From IMG/VR virus record IMGVR_UViG_3300023174_000145, positions 1 to 64,000 of that record: 64,000 nucleotides of DNA, one strand, 5' to 3'. Source of the stretch: a virus. The first letter of the stretch is position 1. The number at the start of each line of letters is the position of its first letter. Made by a program: the position numbers and the translations under genes. This document shows positions 27,386 through 39,300 of the stretch, in pieces. The notes under the pieces were generated by a model. It saw only the letters and a list, made by a program, of their open reading frames with translations. It searched no databases and was not told the DNA's origin.

Positions 27386-27912
27386 CTAAACTCCTCTGCT
27401 TTCCATACAGGAACAAAGTTCCCATCTTTGGTTTTTATATATAGCATTTCTTTGCCCTCAAGTATATCCTGTAATTCTCTTTTGGTTGGTATATCTTTAC
27501 CCGCTGTAGTAGCACCGTCATTTCTTGGTCTACCAATATGAACGGTAGCAAAATATTCTCTGATCTCATAAATATCTTTTTCGCTAAAGTAATATATACC
27601 ATTAGTTAGTTTATCTAAAATGAAGGGTTTTTTAATACTACCCTCATTTATGGCTGCCCTAATTCTTGCAGGGTGTCTATTAAACATTTTGGCAACTATA
27701 GATATGGTATACGCTGGCTTCTTAAGTCTTTTATATTCAGTAAAGAGATAGGTTAATTCCTCTTTCTGAATATAGTTATAAGCACGACAAATGTTATTTG
27801 TTCTATCAGCCTGAATAAGCCTATGAAGTTCGTTATTCAAAAAGAATAACTTACTTTTACTTCTTTTTAACCTTTGTATATCTTCTTGTACCGTTGTTTT
27901 TGTTTTAGCCAT
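27382..27912 (-). CDS. MerR-like HTH DNA-binding protein
   Basis: YTISIVAKMFNRHPARIR...G.I..P...YFSEKDI and HIGRPR. Confidence 0.7.
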   Translation of the reverse strand: MAKTKTTVQEDIQRLKRSKSKLFFLNNELHRLIQADRTNNICRAYNYIQKEELTYLFTEYKRLKKPAYTISIVAKMFNRHPARIRAAINEGSIKKPFILDKLTNGIYYFSEKDIYEIREYFATVHIGRPRNDGATTAGKDIPTKRELQDILEGKEMLYIKTKDGNFVPVWKAEEFS

Positions 27913-27955
27913 AATATGTACCCTTACATCTTATCTGCTAATTATAGCCTATAAA

Positions 27956-28765
27956 CTATACCTTAAACAGTTTTCCGTCAACAACACAAGTATAATCTGG
28001 TGAGACGTGAACTAACTGAATGTGTGGATATATTCCATTTTCAATATGAGCAATCGCAAAAGCTTTCTGCCAATTATGATTATTTGTATACATCATACCT
28101 GTTGACTTTTCATCACACATATGACCGATTTCGTAACCACGAAGAGTTTCACCTTTACCGCCATTACGAAGTTCATATGTATTAAAATAAACACCTGCAC
28201 GATGTGAGTGTCCACGAATAAGAGAAACGCCAAAGTTATCTACATCTTTGCGTACAGACTCACCTGCATTTTGTGAGATAGCATTTCCGTGATGAACGTG
28301 AATATCACCAAAGCGTAACTTAGGTGGCTCGTTATAATAAATATAATCATAGCCCAGTGAATCAAGACCCCATAAAGACTCTGGGGTGACAAACTCAATG
28401 TGTTCTGGCAACTTTGCATCTACATAATCAAATACCCGAATATCGTGGTTTCCTAAAGCAGAAAATAACTGTGCCTTTTTTGCAACCTGTCTAGTCCGAG
28501 CATAAAACTCTTTAGCAAGTTTTGCTTCGTGTTGCATTAACGGCACAATCTGATCTCCATTATTATCTTTATACATCTTCAAAAACTCTGCGGAACGACC
28601 TTCTGTATATTTACTATAACAAGCCTGATCGTCTGTGTCGCCTAAATAGTCAACTACATCTGGTTTAAACCATTTCATTACCTTGAACCAAAGTTCAATC
28701 ATCTTATCGTCTTGATAAGGGAATTGCTGGTCAGACGACAGCATCCACTTTAAATCGTTACCCAT
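27956..28765 (-). CDS. Calcineurin-like metallophosphoesterase
   Basis: SD.Q, LGD..D, GNHD, HHG, GHSH; start trimmed to MGNDLK. Confidence 0.88.
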   Translation of the reverse strand: MGNDLKWMLSSDQQFPYQDDKMIELWFKVMKWFKPDVVDYLGDTDDQACYSKYTEGRSAEFLKMYKDNNGDQIVPLMQHEAKLAKEFYARTRQVAKKAQLFSALGNHDIRVFDYVDAKLPEHIEFVTPESLWGLDSLGYDYIYYNEPPKLRFGDIHVHHGNAISQNAGESVRKDVDNFGVSLIRGHSHRAGVYFNTYELRNGGKGETLRGYEIGHMCDEKSTGMMYTNNHNWQKAFAIAHIENGIYPHIQLVHVSPDYTCVVDGKLFKV

Positions 28766-28781
28766 TAAAATCCTTTTTCTA

Positions 28782-29237
28782 TTAAGCGGCTTTTGCTCTA
28801 AGACGACATATCTTAGAACAGTATTTATAATGCTTCTCTGAAGCCGCTGGTATACTATATACATTATCGCAGTATAGACAAGTTTTGTCAATACTTTTTT
28901 TATTCTTACATTGAGAATTACATCTTTTTCTTTTCTTTATTACCGACTCTGAACCATAAAATAAAACCCCGCAAGATTCACATTTTTTAGATTTCCAGTT
29001 TGGTTTGAGTTTAAATAAAGATACATTCTTCATACCGTGTGCCTTATCGTGTTCAAGGCGGGTACAAACAAAAAGATTCTCTATTCTGTTATCAGTTTTT
29101 ATTTCATTTATATGGTGAACTGATTCACCTGATCTTAGGTATCTTCCTAAGTATTGTTCAGCAACAATAATGTGTTCCCAGTAAAGCCCCGCTTTGTTCT
29201 TTTTAGGATGCTGTGGGGCTTTTACTAGGACATACAT
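28782..29237 (-). CDS. Free-standing HNH endonuclease with C-terminal zinc ribbons
   Basis: EH..VAE..LGR.L...ESVHHINEIKTDNRIENL....EH...H, followed by CxxC repeats. Confidence 0.88.
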   Translation of the reverse strand: MYVLVKAPQHPKKNKAGLYWEHIIVAEQYLGRYLRSGESVHHINEIKTDNRIENLFVCTRLEHDKAHGMKNVSLFKLKPNWKSKKCESCGVLFYGSESVIKKRKRCNSQCKNKKSIDKTCLYCDNVYSIPAASEKHYKYCSKICRLRAKAA

Positions 29238-29666
29238 TTATGATACAGATGATCCTATTGCCAAATAATTAACAGAAATATTTAAAGATTTACTAGAAGC
29301 TTTTCCATATTGCTGTATTTTTAAAACACAACTATTTTTATTAATTTGTGTTGGAGTAACAATACCTACAAAATTCATATCGGCTGAAGAATTAATTTGT
29401 GCAAAAACAACAACACCAGCCATAGCAAAGGCTGGACTAAAAGTTACTTTTGCTTCTCCTTTACCATCTTTTACAGTAATACTTTGAGTACCAGTTAAAA
29501 ATTGTACGGTTGAGGCAGTTTTAGTTCCTTTAGTATTTGTAAAGAAATTAAACTTTTTTTGTTTTTTATTTGAAGAAAGCATATCTGTTGCATCTTTTAA
29601 TTCTGAAGCTAAAAGATTTAACCAATCGTATGTTAATGGATTGCCATCTGAAAGTGGACTAACCAT
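29238..29666 (-). CDS. Tail-associated protein (H-type lectin/gp53-like C-terminal fold)
   Basis: VTFSPAF...VV...NYLAIG end motif; last gene of the tail block. Confidence 0.55.
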   Translation of the reverse strand: MVSPLSDGNPLTYDWLNLLASELKDATDMLSSNKKQKKFNFFTNTKGTKTASTVQFLTGTQSITVKDGKGEAKVTFSPAFAMAGVVVFAQINSSADMNFVGIVTPTQINKNSCVLKIQQYGKASSKSLNISVNYLAIGSSVS

Positions 29667-29838
29667 TTGCCTTTTCATCTTCTTCCGTCAAAGCTTTAAT
29701 TTCTGCATCTTTTGCTTCGATAGCCTGATTTGCCTGTGCTTTGAGCACCGCCATTTGTGTTTCATATTGGCTGGTAATCTGACCAATACGGCTTTGAAGT
29801 TCCTGAACAACTAGTTCTAGTGTCTTATCCTGTGACAT
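29659..29838 (-). CDS. Small coiled-coil protein (59 aa)
   Basis: Manual translation MSQDKTLELVVQELQSRIGQITSQYETQMAVLKAQ; AAGGAG RBS. Confidence 0.7.
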   Translation of the reverse strand: MSQDKTLELVVQELQSRIGQITSQYETQMAVLKAQANQAIEAKDAEIKALTEEDEKANG

Positions 29839-29895
29839 ATTTTCTCCTTTGTGTCTCTTGTATATTATACTATTTATCTTCTAATAAAGCAATAG

Positions 29896-32838
29896 TTATT
29901 CTATAGCTAACCAATGAATCGTTATTGTTGCGCTTGAGACTGCCCCACTTTGACCCCATAATCTTACACTAGCCCCTGTTGAAGTCGGCGCAGATGCTGA
30001 GTTTAAAGCAAGAAAATATGGTGTTGATCCTAGTGATGGAGTTAAAATAACTGTTGATGGTGTGAATGGCAAAGTTGATCCAAAAGATAGTGTTGCAGTA
30101 CCACTTGAAAATACAACACTAGCAACTCCATTTGCTTGTCTTTTTACTGTACTTCCATTTAAAGTTATCTTTGGACTAAAAAAATTTCCTTCATCATCTA
30201 TATATGTTTTTAGTGAATTATTTACTTTTGTTTCTAATAAATTTATTAAATCAGATGCGCCTGTTTTTAATGTTATTGATTGATTTAGATTACTACTAAA
30301 TACCGAATCTGTTGGGTATCCATCACCTATTTGTGGTGCTGTAAAATATATTGTATATACGGGGCTTGGGGTATTTCCAGTCCAACTATATGAACTTTCA
30401 TCTATAATAATAAATTCATAATAAGCTCCAGAAACTGCACTTAGTTGAGTAGATAGTTGAGTATATTCTCCACTAGAACTAACGGTATATGAGCCACCAG
30501 TAGATGTATAAAGTAAATTTCCACCTGTTGCAGCATCATATATTTTTACATCAACTCTTGCTGAGATAGAACCTGCTTGAAATGCTCTAGCAAAAACAGA
30601 AAAGGTATATGTTTTACCATTCAGTAAGCCTAATTGCGTATTACTAAATCTTGATGGAGTTGTTCCATTTGTTGTCCATAATGCTTGTATGCCACTAATA
30701 TTTGATGCACCAAATGCTGATGTTTTAATATATCCTAATTGATAAACACCTACATTATAGTTATTTATAATTGTACTTCCATTACTAATAATAGTTGGAT
30801 TAGCACTAAGAGAAGATGCATATCCAGCTTTCCAATATGTAGATGGAGCTAAAGAAAAAGTAACATCATATGGTTGCATATAATTTCTATTGTATGTTGA
30901 TGATATAGAATTTTGACTTAATGTAAATCCTCCAATTTTTCCAGTTATAGCATTAACTGTTCCATTAAATGTTCCACTAGTTGCATTAATTTCACCAGTA
31001 ACAGTTAATTTATCTACACCAGAATCATATTTCATAAAATTATTAGCACTGCCAACTTTAAATTTTGAAACTTGACCATACGAAGATATATAACCTAATG
31101 TATTATTATAAGTTCCAGAAGGAAGCCTTTCTGTTTTTATAGTTATAGATGTTGAATTTGATGACTCTATTTTAAATGTTCCATTTAAACTTGAATTATC
31201 AAAACTAGATAAATTAACATATGAATTTTGAGCAAATATATTATTAGGGATAGAAGAAAAATTTAATGTACAAAGTGAAGAATTAACTGTCTCTGCTACT
31301 TTAAATAATTTAATATTTTGTATATATAAAATTTTATTTAAACCAAAGTTTTCAATTATACCGCCAGTACCAGTAATTGGTTGTGTTAAATTAACATATG
31401 GAGTAATCTCTAGGTTGAGCTTTACTGTTAAGGTATTCTTTTTTCTTACAGTAGAATTAATTGTATTTGTGTTTAATGATATATCTCCACTAGTAGATGT
31501 GGTAATTGTAAATGTATTATCTGTTTTAGTTAAAACTTTCCAGTTTGCACTTGTATCTAATATTCCAAGTGGAGTATTTAATGACTCATTTATTCCATAA
31601 AAACCTTCTAAGCAAACAATATCTCCAACAGACAAATTATGACCTGGAGCAGTAATTGTTGCATTATTTCCAGTTCTTGAAACTGTGGTTACGTCTGTAT
31701 TTAATATCAAAAATCCATTATTAAAAGATGCAAGATTTTGAATTGGATAATTTTCAAGATCTGTTTCTGAAAGTGTATCTGAAACCTGACTAATATCAAT
31801 AGCTGTATTTTTTAATAAATAGTTTCCAGCATCATCACCAAAATCACCTTCAATTCCATCAGAATAGGTTATTGTTGCATAATATTTGTAGTAGGAGGTA
31901 GATGTAGTATCTGAAAGAGTAAATGTACTTGGAGTATATGTTGTGTTCTTATTAAAAGTAAATAAGTAATTATTGTCATCTATAAATAATCCGTGAGCCT
32001 CTGTACCTGCTTCTATAGTTGTTGCAGGTAAAGTATCTGTATCAGAAAATCCAACATTTCCAAAAAGATTTCTTCCTATCGATATAGATGCTTTTTCATT
32101 TCCAGCCGTTATAACACCATCAAATTTTCCATCTGTTGCTTCTATTGTTCCTCTAACAAAAACATTAGAAAAAATAGCATTTCCAGAATTACTAATCTTC
32201 CAACCTTCATTTCCAATAACAATATCTTCTACTGCATCTGTTGTTACATATAATGTAGAGTATTGATTATACCCTCCATAATAATTTTCATTAGAAAACT
32301 GAGAATCTAAATAATCAGAGTTATAGGTATATTGTACTTCACCCGCAGAATCATCTAAATAATAAAATAAATAAACATCTACTTCTCCATTTAAAACAAT
32401 AGAAGTATTATTCAATGCACTTGTAGTTTTTAAAGATAATGTAACTTGACCATTATCATTATTAACAGAAGATATTATGGTTCCATCTTGTATTCCAGAA
32501 CCAGATATAGTCATATTTTTAACAACATCAGTAACGTCATTAATGGTTATTATTGTTGATCCACTTGTACCAGTAGCCGTTTTATCTGTAATGGTGTATT
32601 CAATAGGCGCAGATTCTATTGATGTTACTAAATGCATTCTTGCTGAATATGCTGGATTAGAATCATAAATTATATCACCCTTTGATATATCTTTTGCCAT
32701 TTTTACTATTGTTTTTTTAGGTATTTCACCATCAAAATTTAAAGATTGTAATCCATCAGAAATTAGCGTTTTTGAGCCATTATCTGTAGTATATGTTTTC
32801 AATGAGTCAAACTGCTTTAATGAATGTAAGTTTTCCAT
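29896..32838 (-). CDS. Tail fibre / receptor-binding minor tail protein
   Basis: GW.I...GNA.F.NV.VRG.I.AT.G and G.INATSG.F.G...A..G.IGGF repeats, carbohydrate-binding-like domain, IHWLAI end. Confidence 0.7.
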   Translation of the reverse strand: MENLHSLKQFDSLKTYTTDNGSKTLISDGLQSLNFDGEIPKKTIVKMAKDISKGDIIYDSNPAYSARMHLVTSIESAPIEYTITDKTATGTSGSTIITINDVTDVVKNMTISGSGIQDGTIISSVNNDNGQVTLSLKTTSALNNTSIVLNGEVDVYLFYYLDDSAGEVQYTYNSDYLDSQFSNENYYGGYNQYSTLYVTTDAVEDIVIGNEGWKISNSGNAIFSNVFVRGTIEATDGKFDGVITAGNEKASISIGRNLFGNVGFSDTDTLPATTIEAGTEAHGLFIDDNNYLFTFNKNTTYTPSTFTLSDTTSTSYYKYYATITYSDGIEGDFGDDAGNYLLKNTAIDISQVSDTLSETDLENYPIQNLASFNNGFLILNTDVTTVSRTGNNATITAPGHNLSVGDIVCLEGFYGINESLNTPLGILDTSANWKVLTKTDNTFTITTSTSGDISLNTNTINSTVRKKNTLTVKLNLEITPYVNLTQPITGTGGIIENFGLNKILYIQNIKLFKVAETVNSSLCTLNFSSIPNNIFAQNSYVNLSSFDNSSLNGTFKIESSNSTSITIKTERLPSGTYNNTLGYISSYGQVSKFKVGSANNFMKYDSGVDKLTVTGEINATSGTFNGTVNAITGKIGGFTLSQNSISSTYNRNYMQPYDVTFSLAPSTYWKAGYASSLSANPTIISNGSTIINNYNVGVYQLGYIKTSAFGASNISGIQALWTTNGTTPSRFSNTQLGLLNGKTYTFSVFARAFQAGSISARVDVKIYDAATGGNLLYTSTGGSYTVSSSGEYTQLSTQLSAVSGAYYEFIIIDESSYSWTGNTPSPVYTIYFTAPQIGDGYPTDSVFSSNLNQSITLKTGASDLINLLETKVNNSLKTYIDDEGNFFSPKITLNGSTVKRQANGVASVVFSSGTATLSFGSTLPFTPSTVILTPSLGSTPYFLALNSASAPTSTGASVRLWGQSGAVSSATITIHWLAIE

Positions 32839-34070
32839 TATGTTGCACCTATAATTTCTGTAGCAGATAATATTTTTGAAGCATTTTTTTCATTATTTGC
32901 TGGCAACCATTTTCCAACAAATTGTTTATTACTGTATGTATATCTTGCAACAGCAAATCTGACATATGTTTTTTTAGCACCAAAAGAAGGAGTTATTGTC
33001 TGAGTATCACTTGTTAATTTTTCAACAGTATCTGTTGCATAATAAATACTACAATATGCTGAGTCTGGTCTTTTTTTTAATTGACTTGCACTTAATTTTG
33101 GTGGGCTTGCTGTTGGGTCAAAAACTCCATTTTCTCCTTTAAGTTTTGAACCAGAATCTGAAGTAGATGGTTTAATGCCCTTTCCAGTATCATTAAAATA
33201 ATACCAGTTTTTATTATCTTGTGAAACAAAAAAGAAATAATAATCTACACAACAATCTTCATCGTTTCTAAATTGATTTATAGTTGCTGCCTGTATTGAA
33301 TCTGGAACTTTAGAATATAAAGTACTAGATAGCCTAAATGTTGTTTTAGTTTTAGATTCAGTCGTTATTGAGTCATGATATACAGCTGGTGGATTATATT
33401 CAAAGTATGCACCTTTCCAAAAATTATTACATTTAGAATTACTTTTGTCTTTATATATATCTTTTAATGCAACAAATATTGGATAGTCCCAAAATCCCCA
33501 TTCATTATTTCTTTTTGTTACTGGTGCTAATGCTCCATAAATTCCAATATTTGGATCTAAAACTCCAAGATTAGTACGAATTATTATTTTTTGACCACTT
33601 ATTTCTCCATCAGATATATTTAAATTTAAACTGCTAAAAGATTGATTAAAATTTTCTAGTTGAGTAATGTGTTCTTTTTTTAAATCTTTATCAAATGTCA
33701 ATTCTATTGTTACTTTTAATTTAAATGGATCTGCGGTAGAATCATTTCCACCAGTTACAGTACTTGTTAAATTAGCTTTTTTTAAAGTACTAATTCCTAT
33801 AACTTTGAAAGCACTGTTTCCTTTTAAAGCATAACGTATATTTGTTTCTGTATAGTATCCTGGAGTAGTAATTTTTGGAGTTATTTGAATTTCTTTACTA
33901 ACATCTTTTGATACCCTAGAAGATGTCATATAAGAAGACATTTCTGATGGAAAATTTGGAGTTTCTATAATAAATGATTCTTTTGTGTATGGATCATCAG
34001 CTAGCGATAGCGTTACCCTATATTTTGTATTAACAAATAAATTATTACCAATCAAAGACTTGCTAGCCAT
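32838..34070 (-). CDS. Minor tail / structural protein
   Basis: 410 aa, coupled within the tail operon. Confidence 0.55.
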   Translation of the reverse strand: MASKSLIGNNLFVNTKYRVTLSLADDPYTKESFIIETPNFPSEMSSYMTSSRVSKDVSKEIQITPKITTPGYYTETNIRYALKGNSAFKVIGISTLKKANLTSTVTGGNDSTADPFKLKVTIELTFDKDLKKEHITQLENFNQSFSSLNLNISDGEISGQKIIIRTNLGVLDPNIGIYGALAPVTKRNNEWGFWDYPIFVALKDIYKDKSNSKCNNFWKGAYFEYNPPAVYHDSITTESKTKTTFRLSSTLYSKVPDSIQAATINQFRNDEDCCVDYYFFFVSQDNKNWYYFNDTGKGIKPSTSDSGSKLKGENGVFDPTASPPKLSASQLKKRPDSAYCSIYYATDTVEKLTSDTQTITPSFGAKKTYVRFAVARYTYSNKQFVGKWLPANNEKNASKILSATEIIGAT

Positions 34071-35239
34071 TATGTATCCAAATTAACTGCTAAAACATAT
34101 TCTATATCAATAATTGATCCAGAATCTTTTTCTATAGGATCTGTTAAAACTGTTCTAGACAGCAACCCCTCTGTATTGTCAATAACTTGCTTAGGTTTTA
34201 TCTTAAGACCATCTAATATTATATAGCCAGTAGAATTTGAAGATATTGATATTTTTGCTATTTGTTCCCAATCTAAATTATTATATGATGTGTTTGATTT
34301 TTGTTCTAATGAAACAACATTATATCCAGAAACAAAATTAAAAACATATGAAATAGAAACATTTGCTATGTCGGTAAATGTTAAAGTTACTGTTTTTGAT
34401 GCAGATGACCAGCCAGCAAAAACAAAGTTATCGTATGGATTTATATTTGACAAATCTAATAATTGTTCATCATAAAAAACTGTACCAGCACCAGTTATCT
34501 TTAAAGCATTATTACCAATTCTATAATCATTACTTGTGTCTGATAAAAACAATGATTTTCTTTGAGCTGGGAAAGAAGTATCTGTTACATATACCAAAGA
34601 AGGATTTATTGTTACACTACCAAGAGAAGCCGAAACTCCAGTGCCATTAATACTGGTAGATAGATTAAAAGTATTTGTTTGAGAGTTTACAACATAATAT
34701 GTTGTATTTAATAATAATCCACTTGGCATAGTTCCTGTAAGAGTAACGGCATCTCCATTAGATAATAAATGACTATTTGAAGTAAATACAGATGGACTTG
34801 CAGCACTTACTGAAGCACTAAATGTTGATGGCAATTCTTTTAATAAATCACCCTCTTCAAAATTAAAAACTGTTAATGAATCAATATTTGCAGATTCTGT
34901 TATTACATTTGAAAATACACCAACCTCATATATCTTATATCTTTTTTCATCTTTTATTCTTGCAGAATAAACTAATCCATCACTAGTACCAACATTTCCA
35001 AGAGTTGATGTAAATATTGGATATTTACCAACAGTAAAATCTAAATCATCCATACTTAAAAACGTATCTGTACCATTTGATTTAGTTGAAATTCCGATAC
35101 CTAAAGAATTTGCAAAATATTGATTTTGACCAAGTAAAGATTTTAAAATGTTTGATCTTCCTAAAACTGTTAATTTATTCTTTTGCTCTACTTCAAGTTT
35201 TCCATTTTTATATATTCTATATACTCCATACATACTCAT
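34070..35239 (-). CDS. Minor tail / baseplate protein
   Basis: N.LT..GR, I.EVG.F, PIEK.SG...DIEY motifs; inserted beta-repeat module. Confidence 0.6.
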   Translation of the reverse strand: MSMYGVYRIYKNGKLEVEQKNKLTVLGRSNILKSLLGQNQYFANSLGIGISTKSNGTDTFLSMDDLDFTVGKYPIFTSTLGNVGTSDGLVYSARIKDEKRYKIYEVGVFSNVITESANIDSLTVFNFEEGDLLKELPSTFSASVSAASPSVFTSNSHLLSNGDAVTLTGTMPSGLLLNTTYYVVNSQTNTFNLSTSINGTGVSASLGSVTINPSLVYVTDTSFPAQRKSLFLSDTSNDYRIGNNALKITGAGTVFYDEQLLDLSNINPYDNFVFAGWSSASKTVTLTFTDIANVSISYVFNFVSGYNVVSLEQKSNTSYNNLDWEQIAKISISSNSTGYIILDGLKIKPKQVIDNTEGLLSRTVLTDPIEKDSGSIIDIEYVLAVNLDT

Positions 35240-35250
35240 TATTATACCAC

Positions 35251-36318
35251 CTAAATCTCATCAAATTCTATATTTATTTCATAGTTTTGATATTCTTGTT
35301 TTAAAACATATCTAAAGTCTATAGTATTTCCAGAACTAACACCAACAGAAAACTTATAAGCAGATTTATTGGTTTCAGCGGATATTTTTCCAAAATATTT
35401 ACTCTTTCTAATAAATTTATTAGAACCAAAAATTTCTTGAAGTTCTGCTTTTAATGAACTTAAAATTTCCGCTTTATGAGATACCTCATCTTCTTCTTTA
35501 TTTGTATTCATATCATCAAAATCTGAAAGAGAAAAATCTATAGGCAAGTAGTTGCCAGATTGGTCTTTAACTTGAATCTCATAATCTGGAAGATAATCAA
35601 TGCTTTCATAATTAAAATCAGTTAATAAATCATCACCAGCCTGAATAAGACTTAATTCCATTTTTTCTATAAGTGCATCATCAATAGCTTGATATTCTAG
35701 TGAATTAAATAAAACATCATAGCTTTTAGGTAAAGATTTTATTTCTTTTGGGTATTCTTTTATTGGTTTACTAGATCCGCCAACATACGTTTTTTTTGTT
35801 TTTATAAATCCACTAACATTAGTATATGTTTTGTTTGTTGGTGGTGTTGGTGGGTTAACAGTTTTTGGCTTTTCATATTTAAGTATTGGTGGTGGTTCCA
35901 TTTGATAACTAGAAGGTTTTCCATTAATTTCCCATTTAGATGTTTCAATATTCCAATTTTGTGCAAAACCATGATCGGGATTAGTTTCATCAAAATTAAT
36001 ACCTATCCAAGTTCCTTCTGATGTTGTACCATATTGTTGCATTCCATCTTTTGAAGTCCAAGTTTGTGGTTTATAATTTGATTCAGTAAATGGCTGTATT
36101 CCTAAAGTACTTGGATCAGCATCTCTTGTAGATGGATATAATGGATCATTTCTTGTTTGTAAAATTTGTGGCATTGATAAGTCTTCTTGATACTTTGCAA
36201 TCTTTGTATGTGCTTTATCTAAATACCACTTATTGTCGGAAACATTCCAAAACAAAACTTTTCCATATTGATCTTTATGTTTTTTATTATAATCATATAT
36301 TTGAAAAAAATCTGACAT
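35251..36318 (-). CDS. Hypothetical tail-region protein
   Basis: 355 aa, Pro/Thr linker; position in the tail operon. Confidence 0.55.
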   Translation of the reverse strand: MSDFFQIYDYNKKHKDQYGKVLFWNVSDNKWYLDKAHTKIAKYQEDLSMPQILQTRNDPLYPSTRDADPSTLGIQPFTESNYKPQTWTSKDGMQQYGTTSEGTWIGINFDETNPDHGFAQNWNIETSKWEINGKPSSYQMEPPPILKYEKPKTVNPPTPPTNKTYTNVSGFIKTKKTYVGGSSKPIKEYPKEIKSLPKSYDVLFNSLEYQAIDDALIEKMELSLIQAGDDLLTDFNYESIDYLPDYEIQVKDQSGNYLPIDFSLSDFDDMNTNKEEDEVSHKAEILSSLKAELQEIFGSNKFIRKSKYFGKISAETNKSAYKFSVGVSSGNTIDFRYVLKQEYQNYEINIEFDEI

Positions 36319-36319
36319 A

Positions 36320-39300
36320 TTATATACACTCCTTAAGAGTCAAAGTCATTTCAGGTCCATTATTCTTTACAGAATATGATATACCTGTAATTGTGTATGT
36401 TGATGATTCATCATTATAATATTTATCTGAATATAATAAACCTATTTTATCTCCAAGTTTTAATAAAGGATTTGGAAAAACGCCAACACTTAATGTTTTT
36501 CTTTCTTTTGATAGATTATCAATTACCCACTTTGCCAAATGTTTTGCCTGTTCTCTATCATTAATAAACTGTCCACTAAGTTGTAATTCCTGTGTACCAT
36601 ATAATTTTCTATTAGCATTATATTTATCGTTTATATCAAGTTCATAGTTTTCCTTTTCTAAAAATTCTTTAGATTTAATTGTTCCAGGACTTCTTTCTTT
36701 TAATGGAAAACCAATAATAAATAATGGTGTTCCATTTTCTGTATCTAATTTTATTGAAGAGTTTCCAGTATTATGTACCCAAAAGGTGCCACCGTGATTT
36801 GATAAATTAACATCAGATACTTGATAGTATTTACTTGTTTCCGATAGAGATATAATTTTTGGTGTTAAACCAACGTCTTCAAATCGTATATCAAATTTTT
36901 TAACTTCTCTAGCTAATTTTCCAAAATCTTCAAAATATAAGTAGCTTCCCTTTCCATTTGTTTGTCTTCTATAATTAATTCCAGGTGGCAAGTAACATCT
37001 ATTAAAATCATTTTTTATTTCAGAGAAGTATGATATATCATCTTCGTCATCTTTTCTAGGAACAATTCCCTCTGCACCAGAATAAGCAAATAAATGTTCA
37101 AATATTGCAGATGACTGACCTCTAACAAAAAGACCTATTGTTGATTTTGTATCTGATGTTGAAGTAATTTTATTTTTACTATCCACCGCAGTCATTACAT
37201 TCTGACCTTCCCAAAAAATATCAAACTGGTTTGAACCATTAGAACGAGTTATTGAAATATCTAAGTCAAAAATTATAGCCTGTGATTTTCCATCTTTTTG
37301 TCCTTGTTGTTCTAAACCAGACCAACTTGTATTTGAAACATTTACCCAAGTTTCTGCAATTACTGTTGGAATATACTTTCCATTGTCCTGAGTTATTTTG
37401 TATAGCCTCATATTTCCAAAGTTTGCAGATGCAAGTTGATTGCCATTAATAGTTCCAACATCTTCTACTTCTAAAAAGTATCCAGTAATTCCATTCTTTT
37501 TTACACTAACGTCCCAAGACACACCAGCAATCATGCCAGAGTTTATTGGCTTGTCACCCTTACTTACATTTTTAGGAACATCATATACAAGTTTCATTCT
37601 AGTACCAAACCTATTTACAACAACTTTTGTACCATTTTTATTTTTTATTTGTTTAAAAATTCCAGTAATAATATTTTCTGATGGATCTGATGAAGGTAAT
37701 AAGTTTTTATTAGTTGAACTATATTTTCTATTTTGGGTAACTGTTCCTTTACATTTTGGACCACTAAGTTTTAAGTTTCCAGTATATCCTTGCAAAAACT
37801 TGGTTGTTCTCATAGTTTGATTATTAAAAAATGTTTCTGTTTTATTTGAAACAGTAAGATTGTTAGTTAACATATCTATATTTGCACCCACTCCATACAA
37901 CCTAACTCCAGATCTTTTCCAGTCAGGATTTTGTTCCAAGAATGACTTATGTGTATTTACACCTTTATGTTCAGAAACCTCTGTATTATTTATTCCTCTT
38001 CCATCACCAGTTACTAAAATATCTATTTTTTCTTCATCTAAAGAATTTTGTGTTTCTTCTGTTTGTATATCTAAAATTAAAGCTAAAGGCTCTAATGAGC
38101 TTCCTTGTTTCAAACTTGATTTTGTATAGTTATACTCTTCTGAACTAAATATTATTTTTGTTTTATATGAATTATATTTTGGATTACTAACCAAAAACAT
38201 AATTCCATTATATTTAATTATTTCTTGATCAATTCTTATATAACCTTTATAGGATGATGTAGCAAAAGTATGAATGTAGTTACTATCTAATTTTATCAAC
38301 ATTCTTTTTCTTATATCGTCAGTAGTATGTTCTGCTAAAAATTTAATTAACTGTTCTTTATTTTTTTTAGATTCAAAAGTTAGTAGATTATTATTGTTTA
38401 AATAATCATATATACCAGTAACTGGAATATCCTGTACTAATATTGCTGCACATAAAACATTTTCTGTTTTATCTTTTTTATTACTAGCCTCCCATAAGAT
38501 ACCAAAAGAATTTCTAAAATTTGTATCTGCTAAAGACAAAGAAAATGATGGATCTTCTAGTGCTTTTTTTACAGACTCATTTACATCGCTTTTAGTTATA
38601 AGAGCAGCACTTGGTTGTTTTGCAATGCCAATATCATTATATGCAACATTAATATCTGTAATTGGAGGTTCAAATGTTTCGTTAAAAGACGATATATTGC
38701 TTATGTATGTAATATCATCTTTTATCAAAGAGTTGTCATTTCCATATAACCAAAAATCTTTTGTTTTTTGTTTTGCAATAACTCTTTCTTTAGTCATAGC
38801 TACAAGGTTATTACTTTCATCCATATACATAGATGTTTGTGTTGAAACAGCAAGAGACTCTAAAACCTCCATAACATTTTGTTCTTTTTTTGAATAGAAA
38901 AAATCTAAAATTACATCTTCTTTATCAGCATTTTCATCTGTACCAGTTTTTTCAAAAATAAAATTGTTATATCCTATATTGTCTAAAAGAGTTAACATTG
39001 CAACAGATGTTGGTACACCAGATTTATTTGCAATAAGTAAGTCTGGGGCAGCTCTTTCTTTAAAAAATTTAAAATAATCTTGTAATGATACATTAACTGT
39101 AGAGTTATCTCCTTCATTCCATATGTCTGTATACAATGTTTTTAAAGGAAACCTATATGTTTTATTATCTACAATAACTTTTTGATAAATTTTTACTTCT
39201 ACATTTGGCTTTAATACATCGCATATAATTGAATATGTATTATTTTTACTAAATGCACCATCTGTATTAGAAATTGTTATTGTTCCTGATGTAGAGGCAA

